Below, piece by piece: positions 1 to 12,370 of a stretch of DNA of 64,000 nucleotides. Origin of the DNA: Balanoglossus misakiensis (lineage: Eukaryota > Animalia > Hemichordata); contig CM082592.2 in NCBI GenBank assembly GCA_040954595.2, forward strand, positions 1,426,001 to 1,490,000, read 5' to 3'. The notes beneath the pieces are model-generated. The model did no database searches. It had not been told where the DNA came from and saw only the letters and a list, made by a program, of their open reading frames with translations. Within the stretch, counting starts at the first letter, position 1; each line of letters starts with the position of its first letter. The translations under genes were made by a program, and so were the position numbers.

Positions 1-1081
1 AAAAGTTTTGCAATCGCAGGGACTTGTGGGTAATATCTTTATTTATAAACAGAATCCTTGCGCAAGCGCAGCGCGACGAGCGGTTCACTTTAAGACTCGT
101 TTTCACAAGTATAAAGTCGGAGATAAAGTAATGATTGCAAACATGGTAAAGAAGAAGGGAATATCACCTAAACTTAGTGCTAGATGGATGGGTCCATACA
201 CTGTGATCAAGGTTATCAGTGATGTACTGTATAGAGTTAGTCAAGGAGGAAGAAAGCGAAGAGTTATTCACCATAACCATATGCAACTGTACAGAGACAG
301 GCCAGAACATTTGTCTTCTAAAGTCTGTGACAGTGATGCAATAGAGTCTGGCAATGGGAAAGATGGACACTGTGTGATTAATCATCAAGAAAATTTGTCA
401 ATATCTGAGGTCGAGTCAGATTCAGATCCGGATTCGGACTCGGATTCTGCAAGTGATAGTGATGGCAGTGTAGAAAATACTGGTGTGCCTACTGTTCAAA
501 GACAAAATCAGCAACGAGCTAATGTAGCTGAGGATCAACAAGACCAACAGCCAGTGTTACGTCGGTCAACTAGAGAACGCCGCATGCCTATTAGATTCCA
601 GGACTATGTACTCACAGACAATGAATAGGTTTTGATGTTTGATCATTGATAAATGTAATTGACAAGTATGATATAATTTTGAAAAATTTCAACCATATCA
701 ATACATGTATATATGATTATATATATTTTGTGTGTATAAAAAAAAGAAAGGAGAGAGAAAGAATATTTTTATATTATTTGTAACAGCCATTTCACTATTT
801 ATTTTGATAAGATGTCGACTTGGATCGGACAATGATATACGGACTATGAATAAGATTATAAAGCGACTTTATTTCCTTAAGATGTTTGATGTATTGTATC
901 TGGACATGTGGACATGTCCTGAAAAAAGAGGGGGGTACTGAGATGGTTGGTATATTTGGAATGGCGCCCTCGGTGGCTGAATGTGAGTTTCTGTAAAGTA
1001 CAGCTGTAGCAAAGCATGCTGGGGTTTGGGTCAGCCATATTGTCTTGTATGATTGTACCGTACGGTGGTGTCAATCGTCGC
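1..1081 (+). mobile_element. 3' end of Ty3/Gypsy LTR retrotransposon (integrase tail, PPT, truncated 3' LTR)
   Basis: ORF 8-628 has a GPY/F-type motif (KLSARWMGPYTVIKV..YRV..VIHHNHMQLY), an acidic Ser/Asp linker and the typical LRRSTRERRMPIRFQDYV tail. Polypurine tract GAAAAAAGAGGGGGG at 921-935 is followed by TG at 939 (candidate LTR start). LTR end not identified. Confidence 0.8.
8..628 (+). CDS. Gypsy Pol integrase C-terminal region (5'-incomplete)
   Basis: 206-aa open frame with GPY/F motif and LRRSTR tail, ending TAG 626-628. Confidence 0.75.
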   Translation: MQSQGLVGNIFIYKQNPCASAARRAVHFKTRFHKYKVGDKVMIANMVKKKGISPKLSARWMGPYTVIKVISDVLYRVSQGGRKRRVIHHNHMQLYRDRPEHLSSKVCDSDAIESGNGKDGHCVINHQENLSISEVESDSDPDSDSDSASDSDGSVENTGVPTVQRQNQQRANVAEDQQDQQPVLRRSTRERRMPIRFQDYVLTDNE

Positions 1082-1447
1082 AAACCACGGCCCTTTTACG
1101 GCAGCGCTCTGCTCCCCGCAAAAAGGCCGTGGTATAATACGCCCATGTATTCAGTATTTGGTCAAGGCGCTTTCATAGTACATCCAACAACCAATCAGAT
1201 TGCTTGTTACATCCCATTCACCCATCTCATTACATCTCATTCTAAACAACATGGCGGCTTCCAGTGGCAGTGCTTTGAGTCTGAGTGAGAGCGAAGAACG
1301 TGCAGTTTGATTGGCCAGATTATAATGATGTCATCTCATGAATATGCATTACCAATATGTTCAAAAACCAGCGCGGTACTCCATTTTAACCAGAGTACGT
1401 GATTTCGATAGTGAAACGAAAGAAATCCGTAGTCTGGTGGGGCGAGA

Positions 1448-1720
1448 ATGGGTGGTGTCGTGTTGTGCTGTCTGTCAACAAACATGTGAAAAGTACGTTC
1501 CCGTTTCTGTGTCGTCTCAATATCAAATGACGTCAGACGCGCTCAGGCGGCAGTTGCGTTGGCATTTAAATTTCCAGATGACGGGCAACTTCAACAACGT
1601 GGTGCAGACAAAAACTATATGCAGACGAAACGCTATGAGGCTGATGAGGCACCATACCTGATACATGTTACGTGTTTGGCGGCTCTAAAGTAAAAACATA
1701 CTCGGAAAAACTTTTACTGG
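1448..1720 (+). pseudogene. Possible highly decayed THAP-domain fragment
   Basis: Across frameshifts reads CCAVC...FPDDGQLQQ(R/W)...TICRR...GGSK, resembling the THAP layout C-x-C...FP...W...GG.K. Weak and frame-broken. Confidence 0.25.
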
Positions 1721-3025
1721 ATGCCGAAATATTGCTTGCCCGTCACCTGGAAATGACAATGCTGTGGGTCACATGGCCAGATCACATGGTTGATAGTGAG
1801 GAATCGGCGCTGATGGAGTTCCCTTGTAATAACACGCGCGTAATTTGTCTGTTGAGGCAGTGATCGAAAATCGCCAGAAGACCATGATCAGTTATCAATA
1901 AGTTGACATTGTCCAAGATAAGTAGGTTTTGACCCAACACTCTTGTCCTAAACCAGGATTCTAGGCAATATTCCATGGTTAAATCGAAGCACATCAGCTG
2001 CCATTGCATGTTGTGTACTGCGTAGCCGGGCCGAGTAGTGGCTTTTTTTCATCCCAACTTCCCTAGACGGTAAGTTATATATGTACGTTTATTTTGAAGG
2101 GAACAGGTGATCCAGAGTTGCACCTAGGCTGACCCAGCAAAGACGTTTAGATCACAGGCGTGTATGATTGCAATTCAACCACTGCAATTTACAATGCTAA
2201 GTCTGTTGCAAACGTAAATGGATTCCTCTTGTGACGTCACGGGTAAGTTTTTTCTCGGGCCCTGTACATTTTTAAATTTAACATTAATTTATCCACATGA
2301 AAAAAATAAACGAAACCCAGCATTTAACACACAACTCCAATTATTTTTTACTCTCAATAGTGCATATCGAGCCAAGATATGCTCTTTAAGCCGGATTACT
2401 TGCACTTGCATCAGTTTGTCATCTCTTGGCGACGCATACCACGATAGCTGTTTGTATTTAGGCTGATTAAATGGGTGCAGCACCCGTTTAATATATCGCT
2501 TGTTCAAATTGAAATATACAGCCACAATCAGTGTCGATAAGGTATTCATATATACCCATCAGTAAGCTTATTTAGATTAATGGAGCCATCTAAGTTTGAA
2601 AGTAAAATCATGAATATAGTGCAAAAACTGGCAGCTCTTAGGGCTTTAATGAAATTAATCAGACAATTAATAATGCTTTGTTTCATAAAGACTGCAGAGA
2701 TGCACGACTATATTTCTGTCGGTTAACTTGTCAGTTAATTGCACGTGTACTCGAGTTTCAAATAACTTATTAAGATGCAGAATGCATGGTCAACTTTTTA
2801 CCTAAATCCAATTGAATGACATAATATCAACAACAAAAAACCCACCATTTCCGGGGCTCAATAAAATATGCTACTCATGGGCGTCAGTTCCTCACGGATA
2901 TGAAATTAGGCGACATTTTGAATGAGAAGTTTCGTTGCATTCCAAAATATTATTATTACTTCACAAGCCAAGTCGCATGAACAAAAAACAACTGCACTTT
3001 CATGGGACAGCTTACAAAATCGACC

Positions 3026-4556
3026 AAACAAAAATAGCGTCAAGGACACTGTGGTCCCATTTGAGGACATAGCACATAGCAACATAGCAATAAGCATATC
3101 TGCTATGGATGCCAAGATATGGAAAAGTAGGTCAAAGGTCACCTGACGACATGCAAAATTTGGGCAAGAAATGTTGAACCTATACTGGTCCATGTTCAAC
3201 AAAAACCAAACCTATAGCCCTATTGGTTAGCCTGGAATTAGGTATGCACATAATTAATGAGATATGCAGGTGTCACAGGTGACCCCCAATTTTGGCTTTT
3301 CAATTTTAGTCCCAACCCTCCAAACGCGAAGTCTGTACCTGCTCTGGATGCCAAGATATGATAAAGTAGGTCAAAGGTCACCTGAGGTCATGCAAAATTT
3401 GGGCAAGAAATTTTGACCTTATACTGGTCCATGTTTAATAAAAACCAAACCTATAGCCTTATTGGTTAGCCTGGAATTAGGTATGCACATAATTAATGAG
3501 ATATGCAGGTGTCACAGGTGACCCCCAATTTTGGCTTTTCAAATTTAGTGCCAACCCTCCAAACGCCAAGTCTGTACCTGCTCTGGATGCCAAGATATGG
3601 TAAAGTGGGTCAAAGGTCACCTGAGGTCATGCAAAATTTGGGCAAGAAATTTTGACCCTATACTGGTCCATGTTCAACAAAAACCAAACCTATAGCCTTA
3701 TTGGTTTGCCTGGAATTAGGTAAGCACATAATTAATGAGATATGCAGGTGTCACAGGTGACCCCCAATTTTGGCTTTTCAATTTTAGTCCCAACCCTCCA
3801 AACGCCAAGTCTGTATCTGCTCTGCATGCCGAGATATAGGAAAGTAGGTCAAAGGTCACCTGAGGTCACCCAAAATTTGGGCAAGAAATTTTGACCCTAT
3901 ACTGGTCCATGTCCCACAAGAACGAAACCTCTAGCCCTGTTAGTTAGCCCGGAATTAGGTATGCACATAATTAATGTGTTAAGCAGGTGTTACAGGTGAG
4001 CCCAAAAATTTGCCTTTTATTTTGGCCCCATTGTGCTCACTGACCAATAGACAGTCACTGTACAGGACTATTGCACAGACCAGAATTCCACAATAAGACG
4101 TGGAAGTAGCTTAACCATAGAGGTATAAGTAAAGGTATAAATTTAATAAAAATACTAAAAAATTCATAAAAAATAAAACATCCATGATATCAACTTAACA
4201 CTTACAGGTCGATGTGAGGTTGACATAAGGTACATGCATACCAATTTTTAAAGCAATCTGACGAGTAGTTGCTGGCTTACAGAGTTTTGATAAATTTCAC
4301 ATTTTTCCACCTAATTTGCATATTTTTGGGCCTGGCAACTTCGTTTGGACAAACTCCCATCTACAGCCCTGCCTGCACCTACACACCAAATATTGAGGTG
4401 ATACGCGCAGCGGTTTTCAAGTTTTTGATGTGGACGGACATACAGACATACATCCATACATACATCCATCCATCCATCCATACATACATACACACAGACG
4501 CAACCCATCCCATAAGGTCCCATGGTATATAGGCCTATACCAATGGGACCTAAAAA
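3026..4556 (+). mobile_element. Helentron-associated non-autonomous element (HINE/DINE-1/pearl-like)
   Basis: Starts AAACAAAAATAGCGTC, central tandem array, (ACAT/CCAT)n microsatellite ~4435-4498, GACGC short inverted copy, 3' hairpin AGGTCCCATGGTATA..TATACCAATGGGACCT (4515-4551) followed by an A run. This is the canonical HINE architecture. Confidence 0.75.
3099..4020 (+). repeat. 239-bp tandem repeat, ~3.8 copies (core of the HINE-like element)
   Basis: GCC(A/G)AGATAT recurs at 3111, 3350, 3589, 3828 (period 239), with high identity between copies. Confidence 0.95.
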
Positions 4557-4953
4557 TGGTTTGATTTTGTTTATTAAATCACAACTGAACGAACACAAAG
4601 TCAAGATAATGATTGACAGAAGAGTATAACTACAACTCAATCTCTACTGTTAGTAAAAATGATCCCTCAAAATTTACTAATTTTGTAATTCCACTTCAGC
4701 AGAACATATGGAACCATTACATTAAATTAAAACCTTGTAGGACCACATGTTTCATAATTTCAGTATTTAACGTACAAGAACTCCTGGCACAGATTAGGAT
4801 TTCCATGTTCAAGTTCAAACAATTCACATAAATGGCAAGAATAAACTTTGTCATCTTGCAAAATTTTGTTTTATGCCGATATCTCAAATGACATAACAAA
4901 TTTACAAAAGCATACCAGAGTTGAGTGGTTTTCAACATTTTCAAAATACCAAC

Positions 4954-6645
4954 CTACGTTTTTTCAGCTTGTAAAGCCATAGAAAATAATGATATTTTAA
5001 AGTGGTGTTGGGCTGAAAAATCTTGTCTAAAAGCTGGGAGAAAGAGGATTGACACAAAAGTTGGAACAACTTTGATTGTAACAAATTGGTAATAGGGGAT
5101 ATTCTGTCCCAAACTCGCCTGGGGCTTGTGAGGTCCAAAAATCCCAAACACATGAGAGAAATATGATTCCAGGTCCGTGGGAGTGTGAGATTCTATTTGA
5201 CCTCTCATCCTTAGTATGGCATGGAGTAACATCAAATATGGGACTTTGTTAGGGACTGTCCAGAATTTACTTCCAGGGTGGGGCTGGAGGATTTCTTATT
5301 TTCCTGGTGATTTTTTTCCATGGCCCCCCCTTGTAAATTGTGGAGGAAATCTGTGGCCCCCCCGTAAATTTCCTGTTTTTTTTCCATGACCCCCCCCCCC
5401 CAATATATACATGCATGCTTACCGGTACAGACTACAACACATACAGTCTGATAAGGCTGCATTTACAAACACCTCTGGAAGGGGGGGGGGGGAGAATTAA
5501 ATTTTTTTTACCGTTAATTTTCACATGCCCCCCGTACACAACCCGAAATATTTTCAAATCCCCCCCTTCCGAACAGCTTAAAATTTTGAAATCCCACCCC
5601 CCCCCCCCCATTTTCTTTCACACAGCAAAACACATCACCTATCTATCTTGTAAAAAAAGAAAAACAGCGCTCCCATGAAAAGAATTTGAAACTGATGTTT
5701 TTCCTCATCAGTGGATATTAAAACTGAACATTGTTTATATTTGTTAAGTATTTGTATTCTGTGTTGGCAGATATTGTAAACCGAGAAGTGAAGGGGGTGG
5801 GTTTGGGAGGGGGTGTCCCCCTCCCCTGTAAGAAAATTTTATAAAATACAGAGCTCAAAGCTGCATTTTAATGAACCCAAAAGCAAATTAACTTTTTATA
5901 TACATATATGAATGATTGATGAGAAAATTAACGAATTCTAGTCTGGACTTGAATTGAGCTCGTCAACAGTAACAACTGTTCACTGTACATTTATGGTCTG
6001 TGCTGGCAGGCCAAATACTGGGCATTTTATTATGCTTCACAGAGTAGAACAAGAAACTGTAGTAGATATACAAAATAACCCACCGTAAAAATTACCGGAA
6101 ATTCAAGCTTATGAAGATTTAATGCACTTGCGGAGTTCATCTGTCATCCAGGTAGCCATGGTGGTTTGTTTCTTATAAATCAGTACTTCTGGGCAAATAT
6201 TGAGTTTGTGAGAGTTTTTTACATGGCCCCCCTAAAGGATTGTGATTTTTATGTCTGACCCCCCCCTAATTTTTCTTGGGGAAAATGGGTGGCCCCCCCT
6301 GAAAATCCTCCAGCCCCCCCCCCTGGAAGTAAATTCTGGACAGTCCCTTATACCTTGCAATTGTCTATTTAGCTATATGAACCCGACTGCAGTATTTCTG
6401 GATCAGCAGCAAGACCAGATTAGTGTGCCTATGTGGACTTTGTCTTTTGGCCAGAGTGGCCACAAGGAATGACTCAATCATAACAGCGGCAAATACAGGC
6501 AATAGTATAAACACTGTACTGTAGATGAATGCCGCAAATGTCAAACAGGAAAGGACGTTGCCCTGAGAGAACAGCTCAGCAGTATCCAAACTGCCAATCA
6601 TCAGCCTTAGCATAGACGACATATAGGCAACAGACATGTTAAAAA
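4954..6645 (-). pseudogene. Polycystin/TRP-like cation channel terminal exon (pore loop, S6, tail), disrupted by MITE and foldback
   Basis: SSMLRLMIGSLDTAELFSQGNVLSCLTFAAFIYSTVFILLPVFAAVMIESF matches the PKD-family pore helix-S6 pattern. Removing the 5252-6347 MITE and one TTA joins it in frame, past one TAG, to ORF 5235-4954. Confidence 0.55.
5252..6347. mobile_element. PIF/Harbinger-type MITE
   Basis: TIR GGGACTGTCCAGAATTTACTTCCAGGG / CCCTGGAAGTAAATTCTGGACAGTCCC, TTA target duplication at 5249-5251 and 6348-6350, no coding capacity. Confidence 0.92.
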
Positions 6646-9600
6646 TGTAAAAAATGGTGCTGATTCCAGAAATAGCAGTCTTATTGACCCTACTCAAGAA
6701 AAAATGCCATTTTTGCCACTTTTTGCCCAAAAACGCCATTTTTAGAAAACACTCAAAATTTATATATTTTCTTCACTTTCGGAGATCTGATAATGTATTA
6801 TATACCCACCCAATGTAAACTTTGGTGATTATTCCAAAAAAGCAGATTTATTGACCCAACCTAATGCAAAAATGCCCTTTTGGAAAGTTTTTGCCCGAAA
6901 AGGCCATTTTTAGAAAAAAAAATTAAAAACAAACTTTTCTTCATAAAGCTCAGAGATCATGTGATATATGAAATGTTCATCCTATGTAAAAAATTGTGCT
7001 GATTCCAGAAATAGCAGTCTTTTTGATCCTACTCAAGAATAAATGCCATTTTTGCCACCTTTTGCCCCAAAAACGTCATTTTCAGAAAACACTCAAAATT
7101 TACATATTTTCTTCACTTTCGGAGATCTGATAATGTATTATATGCCCACTATATGTAAAAATTTTCCAAAAAAGCAGTTTTATTGATGCCACTCAAGATA
7201 AAAGAGCCTTTTTGGCAAGTTTTTGCCCAAAAAGTGTCATTTCTAGAAAATACGAAAAATATGCCATTTTCTTCCCATTGGTGATCGAATGATAAATAAA
7301 AGTACTAAAAAACCCACTCTTACTGACCCCACTGAGGGAAAAAAATATCATTTTGGCCTCTTTGCTCAAAAAGGTAACTGTTACAAAAAATAAATACAAA
7401 CTTATTCCTTCATATTCAGAGCCCTTGTGATGTATGTAAATTCGGGTTTTTTTGTGTGTGTGCAAAAAATATGCTGATACCAGCACAACGGTCTTATTGA
7501 GACACCCCGCTCAGTACTAAATTGCCATTTAAACATCTTTTGGTCAACAATAGGCATTTTCAGAAAACAAATATAATTGATGTTTTTGCCTTTTGTGTTC
7601 TGATGTTGTATATGCATATTTAAAACGCCATAACCATATAATATCAATTGAATTGATGATATTGAAAGACAGGGTTGCCACAATTTGGCACATTTAACCC
7701 AAAACTGAATTCAACAATAAGATGATCTATGTATACGCACTGTCTACTATGAGTCGATTATGCGTGGTGTGAAATATTTAGGTTCAGATATGCCAGCTCG
7801 GGAGAGATTGTTGAAATTTATTCTCTTCAATCTGAATACAAAATCAGAAATTATATTTTAATTTATATCATGATACCTCCGCCATACTGATTGGACAGGA
7901 GTGCAACCCAATTGAACGATGCTAGAATACTCAATAGAGCACTGCTAAAACTGGCCCCTGAACTAGCACGCAGCAGGGAAAATGTGGGCTTAAACCAAAT
8001 AAACATAAAATCCTTGACGTTTTAATTTGGAACTGTTGTATGGGAATATTTGGGCAATGTGCAATGCCTTTCTTTTGTCATCTGTATCATGTTTAGAGCT
8101 TGGTCCAGGGCGGCGTGTTTACATTCATCGACGCGCGTTTTGTTCAATTCGTTACTTCATTTCCTCTCGACGCTGTTTCATCATCATTATGAGTTCAACT
8201 TGGGCTAATTTTGCAAAAACTCCAAATACAAACATTGTTTCGGTACAAACTTGCTAAAAGGATACATTTTTCTTGAGTAGATATATTTTTGGCTACAAAT
8301 AGCCAAAAAGGCAATTTTGACTAGAGTGGGGCCAACCAGACTGCCGTTTTTGGAATAGTCACCAAATTTTACACAGAATGGACTTTTCATACATGATCAG
8401 ATCTCTGAATATGAAGAAAACAATTTGTCTTTAGTTTGTTTGTTTTTAATGAACAGTTTTGACCAAAAAAGTGTCCGCAATTACATATTTCAATTGAATA
8501 GGGTAAGTAAGACTTCCGTTTTTGGAACAGTAACCACGTTTCAATATAGAATGGGTTTTTATTTATAATAAGATCACCGAAAGTGAAGAAAAGAGAATGC
8601 TATTAATATATTCTTAAAAATAACAATTTTGTGCAAAACTTAGCCAAAAAGGTGATTTCATCATGGTTGAGGTCATTAGAACTGCATTTCTGGAAACAAC
8701 ACCTATTTTACAATAAATGTACTTTTCACACATCATAGAATCTCCAAATAAGAATCTAACAGTTTGTTTATAATGATTTTCGAAAAGTGGCTTTTGGGGC
8801 AAAAACTTGTCAAAAAGCACTGTTTTCTTGAGTGGCGCCAGTAAAAAATGTTTTTGAATTTTCTCACGTAGAGTGGGTATATAATACATCATCATCTCCG
8901 GAAAGTGAAGAAAATATAAAAGTTTTTGGTGTTTTCTAGAAATGACACTTTTTGGGAAAAAGCTTGCCAAGCTTGAGTGGCATCAATAAAATCGCTTTTT
9001 TGGAAATGTTTCACATATAGTGGGCATATAATACATTATCAGATCTCCGAAAGTGAAGAAAATATATAAAAATTTTGAGTGTTTTCTGAAAATGACGTTT
9101 TTGGGGCAAAAAGTGGCAAAAATGGCATTTTTTCTTGAGTAGGATCAATAAGACTGCTATTTCTGGAATCAGCACCATTTCTTACATAGGATGAACATTT
9201 CATATATTACATGATCTCTGAGCTTTATGAAGAAAAGTTTGTTTTTATTTTTTTTCTAAAAACGGCCTTTTTGGGCAAAAACTTTCCAAAAGGGCATTTT
9301 TGCATTAGGTTGGGTCAATAAATCTGCTTTTGTGGAATAATCACCAAAGTTTACATAGGATGGGCATATAATACATTATCAGATCTCCGAAAGTGAAGAA
9401 AATATATAAATTTGGAGTGTTTTCTAAAAATGACGTTTTTGGGCAAAAAGTGGCAAAAATGGCAATTTTTCTTGAGTAGGGTCAATAAGACAGCTATTTC
9501 TGGAATCAGAACTGTTTTTTTAAATAGAATGGACATTGCATATATCCGATGATCTCTGAATATGAAAAACACAATTTATTTTTATTTTTTTTGTAAAAAT

Positions 9601-10050
9601 GACCTTTTTTGACCTCAAAAGGTGGCCAGAAATGGCATTTTTTGTATTGATTGAGGTCAAAAAGACTGCTTTATTTTTTCAAGTCACCACTTCTAACATA
9701 GAATTGACTTTCCATATATCACCAGATCAATCATTATGAAGAAAACCGTGTGTTTTAAATTTTTTCTAAAAATGACGTTTTTTGGGCAAAAAATGGTCAA
9801 AAAGGCAATTTTCTGTTGTTTTGGGTCAATCGAACTACTTTTTTCGTAATATTCACCAAATTTTACATAGAATAAGCATATCATATGTCATCAGATCTCA
9901 GAATGTGACGAAAACAGTGTGTTTTTAGTGTTTTCTAAAAAAGACCATTTTTGGGTTAAAATTGGCCAAAATGGCAATTTTGTCTTGAGTGGGGTCAACA
10001 AGACTGACATTTTTGGAATCAGCACCATTTTTTACATAGAATGGACTTCT
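6645..10050. mobile_element. Foldback-like element: inverted arms made of diverged ~170-bp tandem units
   Basis: Left arm ~6645-7580 (GTGCTGATTCCAGAAATAGCAGTC recurs 339 bp apart with a diverged unit between). Right arm ~8255-10050 carries the reverse complement. 6650-7230 pairs near-perfectly with ~8935-9505. Both outer ends appear truncated. Confidence 0.8.
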
Positions 10051-10742
10051 CAAACCTTCCTTACCGAAAATTCTGATTAACGGCACCTAGCTCCTGGACT
10101 ATATGTCTCCACATTCAGCCTTGTGCTTCACACTGAAGTTGAGCTTGCACCCATACTGCATTGCATAAACATGACAGTAATACATGCCGTTTTGTCATCT
10201 AAACTGGATTACCGAAATGCATTGCTGTACGGACTTTCCGAATCCAGTATCAATCTACTTCAAAAAGCACAATATACAGTAGCCAGAATCATCACCCGCA
10301 CGAGGAAATCAAACCACATATCACCAGTTCTTCATAGTCTCCATTGGTTGCCAGTTCGACACAGACTCGACTACAACATTCTACTACTAACGTACAAGGC
10401 TCTCAACCGTCTTGCCCCAGTCTACATTCAGGATCTGATCAAGCCATATAAGCCTAGTCGTGCTCTGCGCTCCAGCTCAAGGAGCCAGTTGTGTGTACCA
10501 AAGTACAGACTCAAAACATATGGTGGACGTGCCTTTTCCGTTGTCGCGCCACAACTTTGGAATTCTCTGCCATCTGACATTCAACACGCTTCTAGTCTCA
10601 ACATTTTCAAACAAAAACTCAAGACATTTCTATTTCTCAAAGCCTACGAACACTGATGTTATACTTTCAGCGCCTTTGGAAATAACATTGTTATTGATTC
10701 TGGCGCTTTATAAATGTTTGTTTTGATTGATTGATTGATTGA
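10050..10742 (+). mobile_element. L2-clade LINE, 3' half (ORF2 C-terminus, 3' stem-loop, (TTGA)n tail)
   Basis: FLTENS..[~100-bp insert]..TVIHAVLSSKLDYRNALLYG..HISPVLHSLHWLPV..GGRAFSVVAPQLWNSLP..FKQKLKTFLF, then AGCGCC..GGCGCT stem, ATAAAT and a (TTGA)n tail ending ~10742. Confidence 0.92.
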
Positions 10743-12053
10743 CAGGGGTAGCTTCGTTTTGCATGAGCTGGAGACAGCGCTGGCATAATACCCCACAGAA
10801 GGCTCCAATCCTAGTTCATGCAACTGTCGGGGTATGTGTGCTCGCAGCAAAGGACGGGGAACATGCCCATGTAAATCGCTGGACTTGTTCTGCAACACTG
10901 CCTGCAACAGTGGAAAACGCCGTCCATGTGTTTACAAGGAAGAGGTATTAAAGCATGCATGTTCGATAATATGTTTTGTTTCGTATGTCTGTTTGCCTCA
11001 TTTTTCCGAAATGTCTCAGAAAAGATATACGTGAACTTCACGGCACATGCTCTGTCTGCTCTTGATGGCATGTAACCTCGGAATGGGCTGCCCATCGAAG
11101 CAGTGGAATTTACCTAAGGACTTGAGGGGGGTAATAACATTGATTGGGGAGGGAAACTAAATTTGAAGGTGGAGAATGTTTCTTTTTCAATTTGTTTGGG
11201 TGAAATTAAAATCAGAATACTGCATTGGGACTGTCATTGGAATTTTTGAAAATTGTGAAGAATGAATTTATCAAAACGATAAGGACATTCTCATCATCAT
11301 TAAAATACTATTGTTACAGGATTCAACATGTGAAGAAGAAGTTGAGAGGTCCAATGGTACCAGATCGAAGAAAAGATCCCGGGTGATTCTTGAATCATTA
11401 CAACCAGAGGTGGAAATTGAAGAAAATGAAAGACAGACGAAGGTACACAAATTCTGCTTGCCAAACTGTACTTGGGTTATCAACATATATTATTTAAAAT
11501 TGTTTTAAAATAATTATTTTTATTTCTTTCTTAAAGGACTTTGTGCAGAGACAAAGTCGGGAACATCTTGAAACATTGGCGGTAGAATTGCTCAGACGAC
11601 AACCTGGAGCATGGGCTGATCTTCAGCAACAACATAATCAACACCATCAGCCTCTGCAGCCCTCATCCCAACCTGATCCTGGCACCAGTCTTCCCTGGTG
11701 TAAGTGTGGTCGGTGCCAGAATATGCCGACACAGCAGGAGAGGAAACGTTGTTCTACACGTCGCAATCAAGGCTGCATTACGAACACACATTTGTTTTCA
11801 CTTGGTTATGGATACAAATGTTTTAGAGGTGGCCATGCGGTGGGCAGCAGATGTATATGCAGATGAACCAATGAGAGACAATGCCTGGTTTAGGCACTAT
11901 GCCTATCGGAAGTTTATCTACTGGCAACATGGGAGGTTAGGTGCTGGAAGCCGTTGTGTTGTCCCCTCGTGTTACGTTTTGGCAATTCGGCGATTGTTTC
12001 CCAGTCTCAACAATGTTTATGTTGGTTATCGAGATGGACAGTTCCAGGACTAA
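10743..12053 (+). pseudogene. Spliced CXC-domain + P2X7 C-terminal ballast (nanor/KolX-like) gene, disrupted
   Basis: Exons ~10743-10944 (CNCRGMC..CPCK..FCNTAC..C), 11320-11442 and 11537-12053, all phase-0 GT-AG. The last exon has WCKCGRCQNMPT..C..CIT..RHYAYRKFIYWQHGRLGAGSRCVVPSC..IRRLFPS..YVGY. One stop in exon 1 and a frameshift near 11800. Confidence 0.8.
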
Positions 12054-12119
12054 CACCAGGGAACATGTTTTATTCCTGTTTGTCTATCTTCCATATTTTG
12101 CTAGCTCCAGTAGGATGGT

Positions 12120-12370
12120 GGACCTTGTTTATTGTACGGCCAAAGTGCTACCCCTTTGGACGATACCATTACTTTTGAGGTGGCCGAGGGGGTTTGTTCA
12201 GTCAAAATTTGTTTTGCAATTGTAACTCAGTTTAGGGTGTCGAACTCACCATTATGTTTCTAAAAGAACAGACAACAACAGACCTTCAGTGAAACATAAG
12301 TCTCGGCAACCCTAAAAGTAATGGTATCGCCCAAGGAGGTAGCAAATGTGCCGTACAATAAACGACGTCC
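12120..12370. mobile_element. Small hairpin MITE with probable 8-bp TSD
   Basis: Arms GGACCTTGTTTATTGTACGGC..CGATACCATTACTTTT / AAAAGTAATGGTATCG..GCCGTACAATAAACGACGTCC, flanked by AGGATGGT and GGGATGGT (7/8 match). Confidence 0.7.

Noticed and set aside
6640-9900. Phe/Lys-rich ORFs in the foldback arms
   Set aside because: Translations of A/T-run-rich repeats with no recognisable domain
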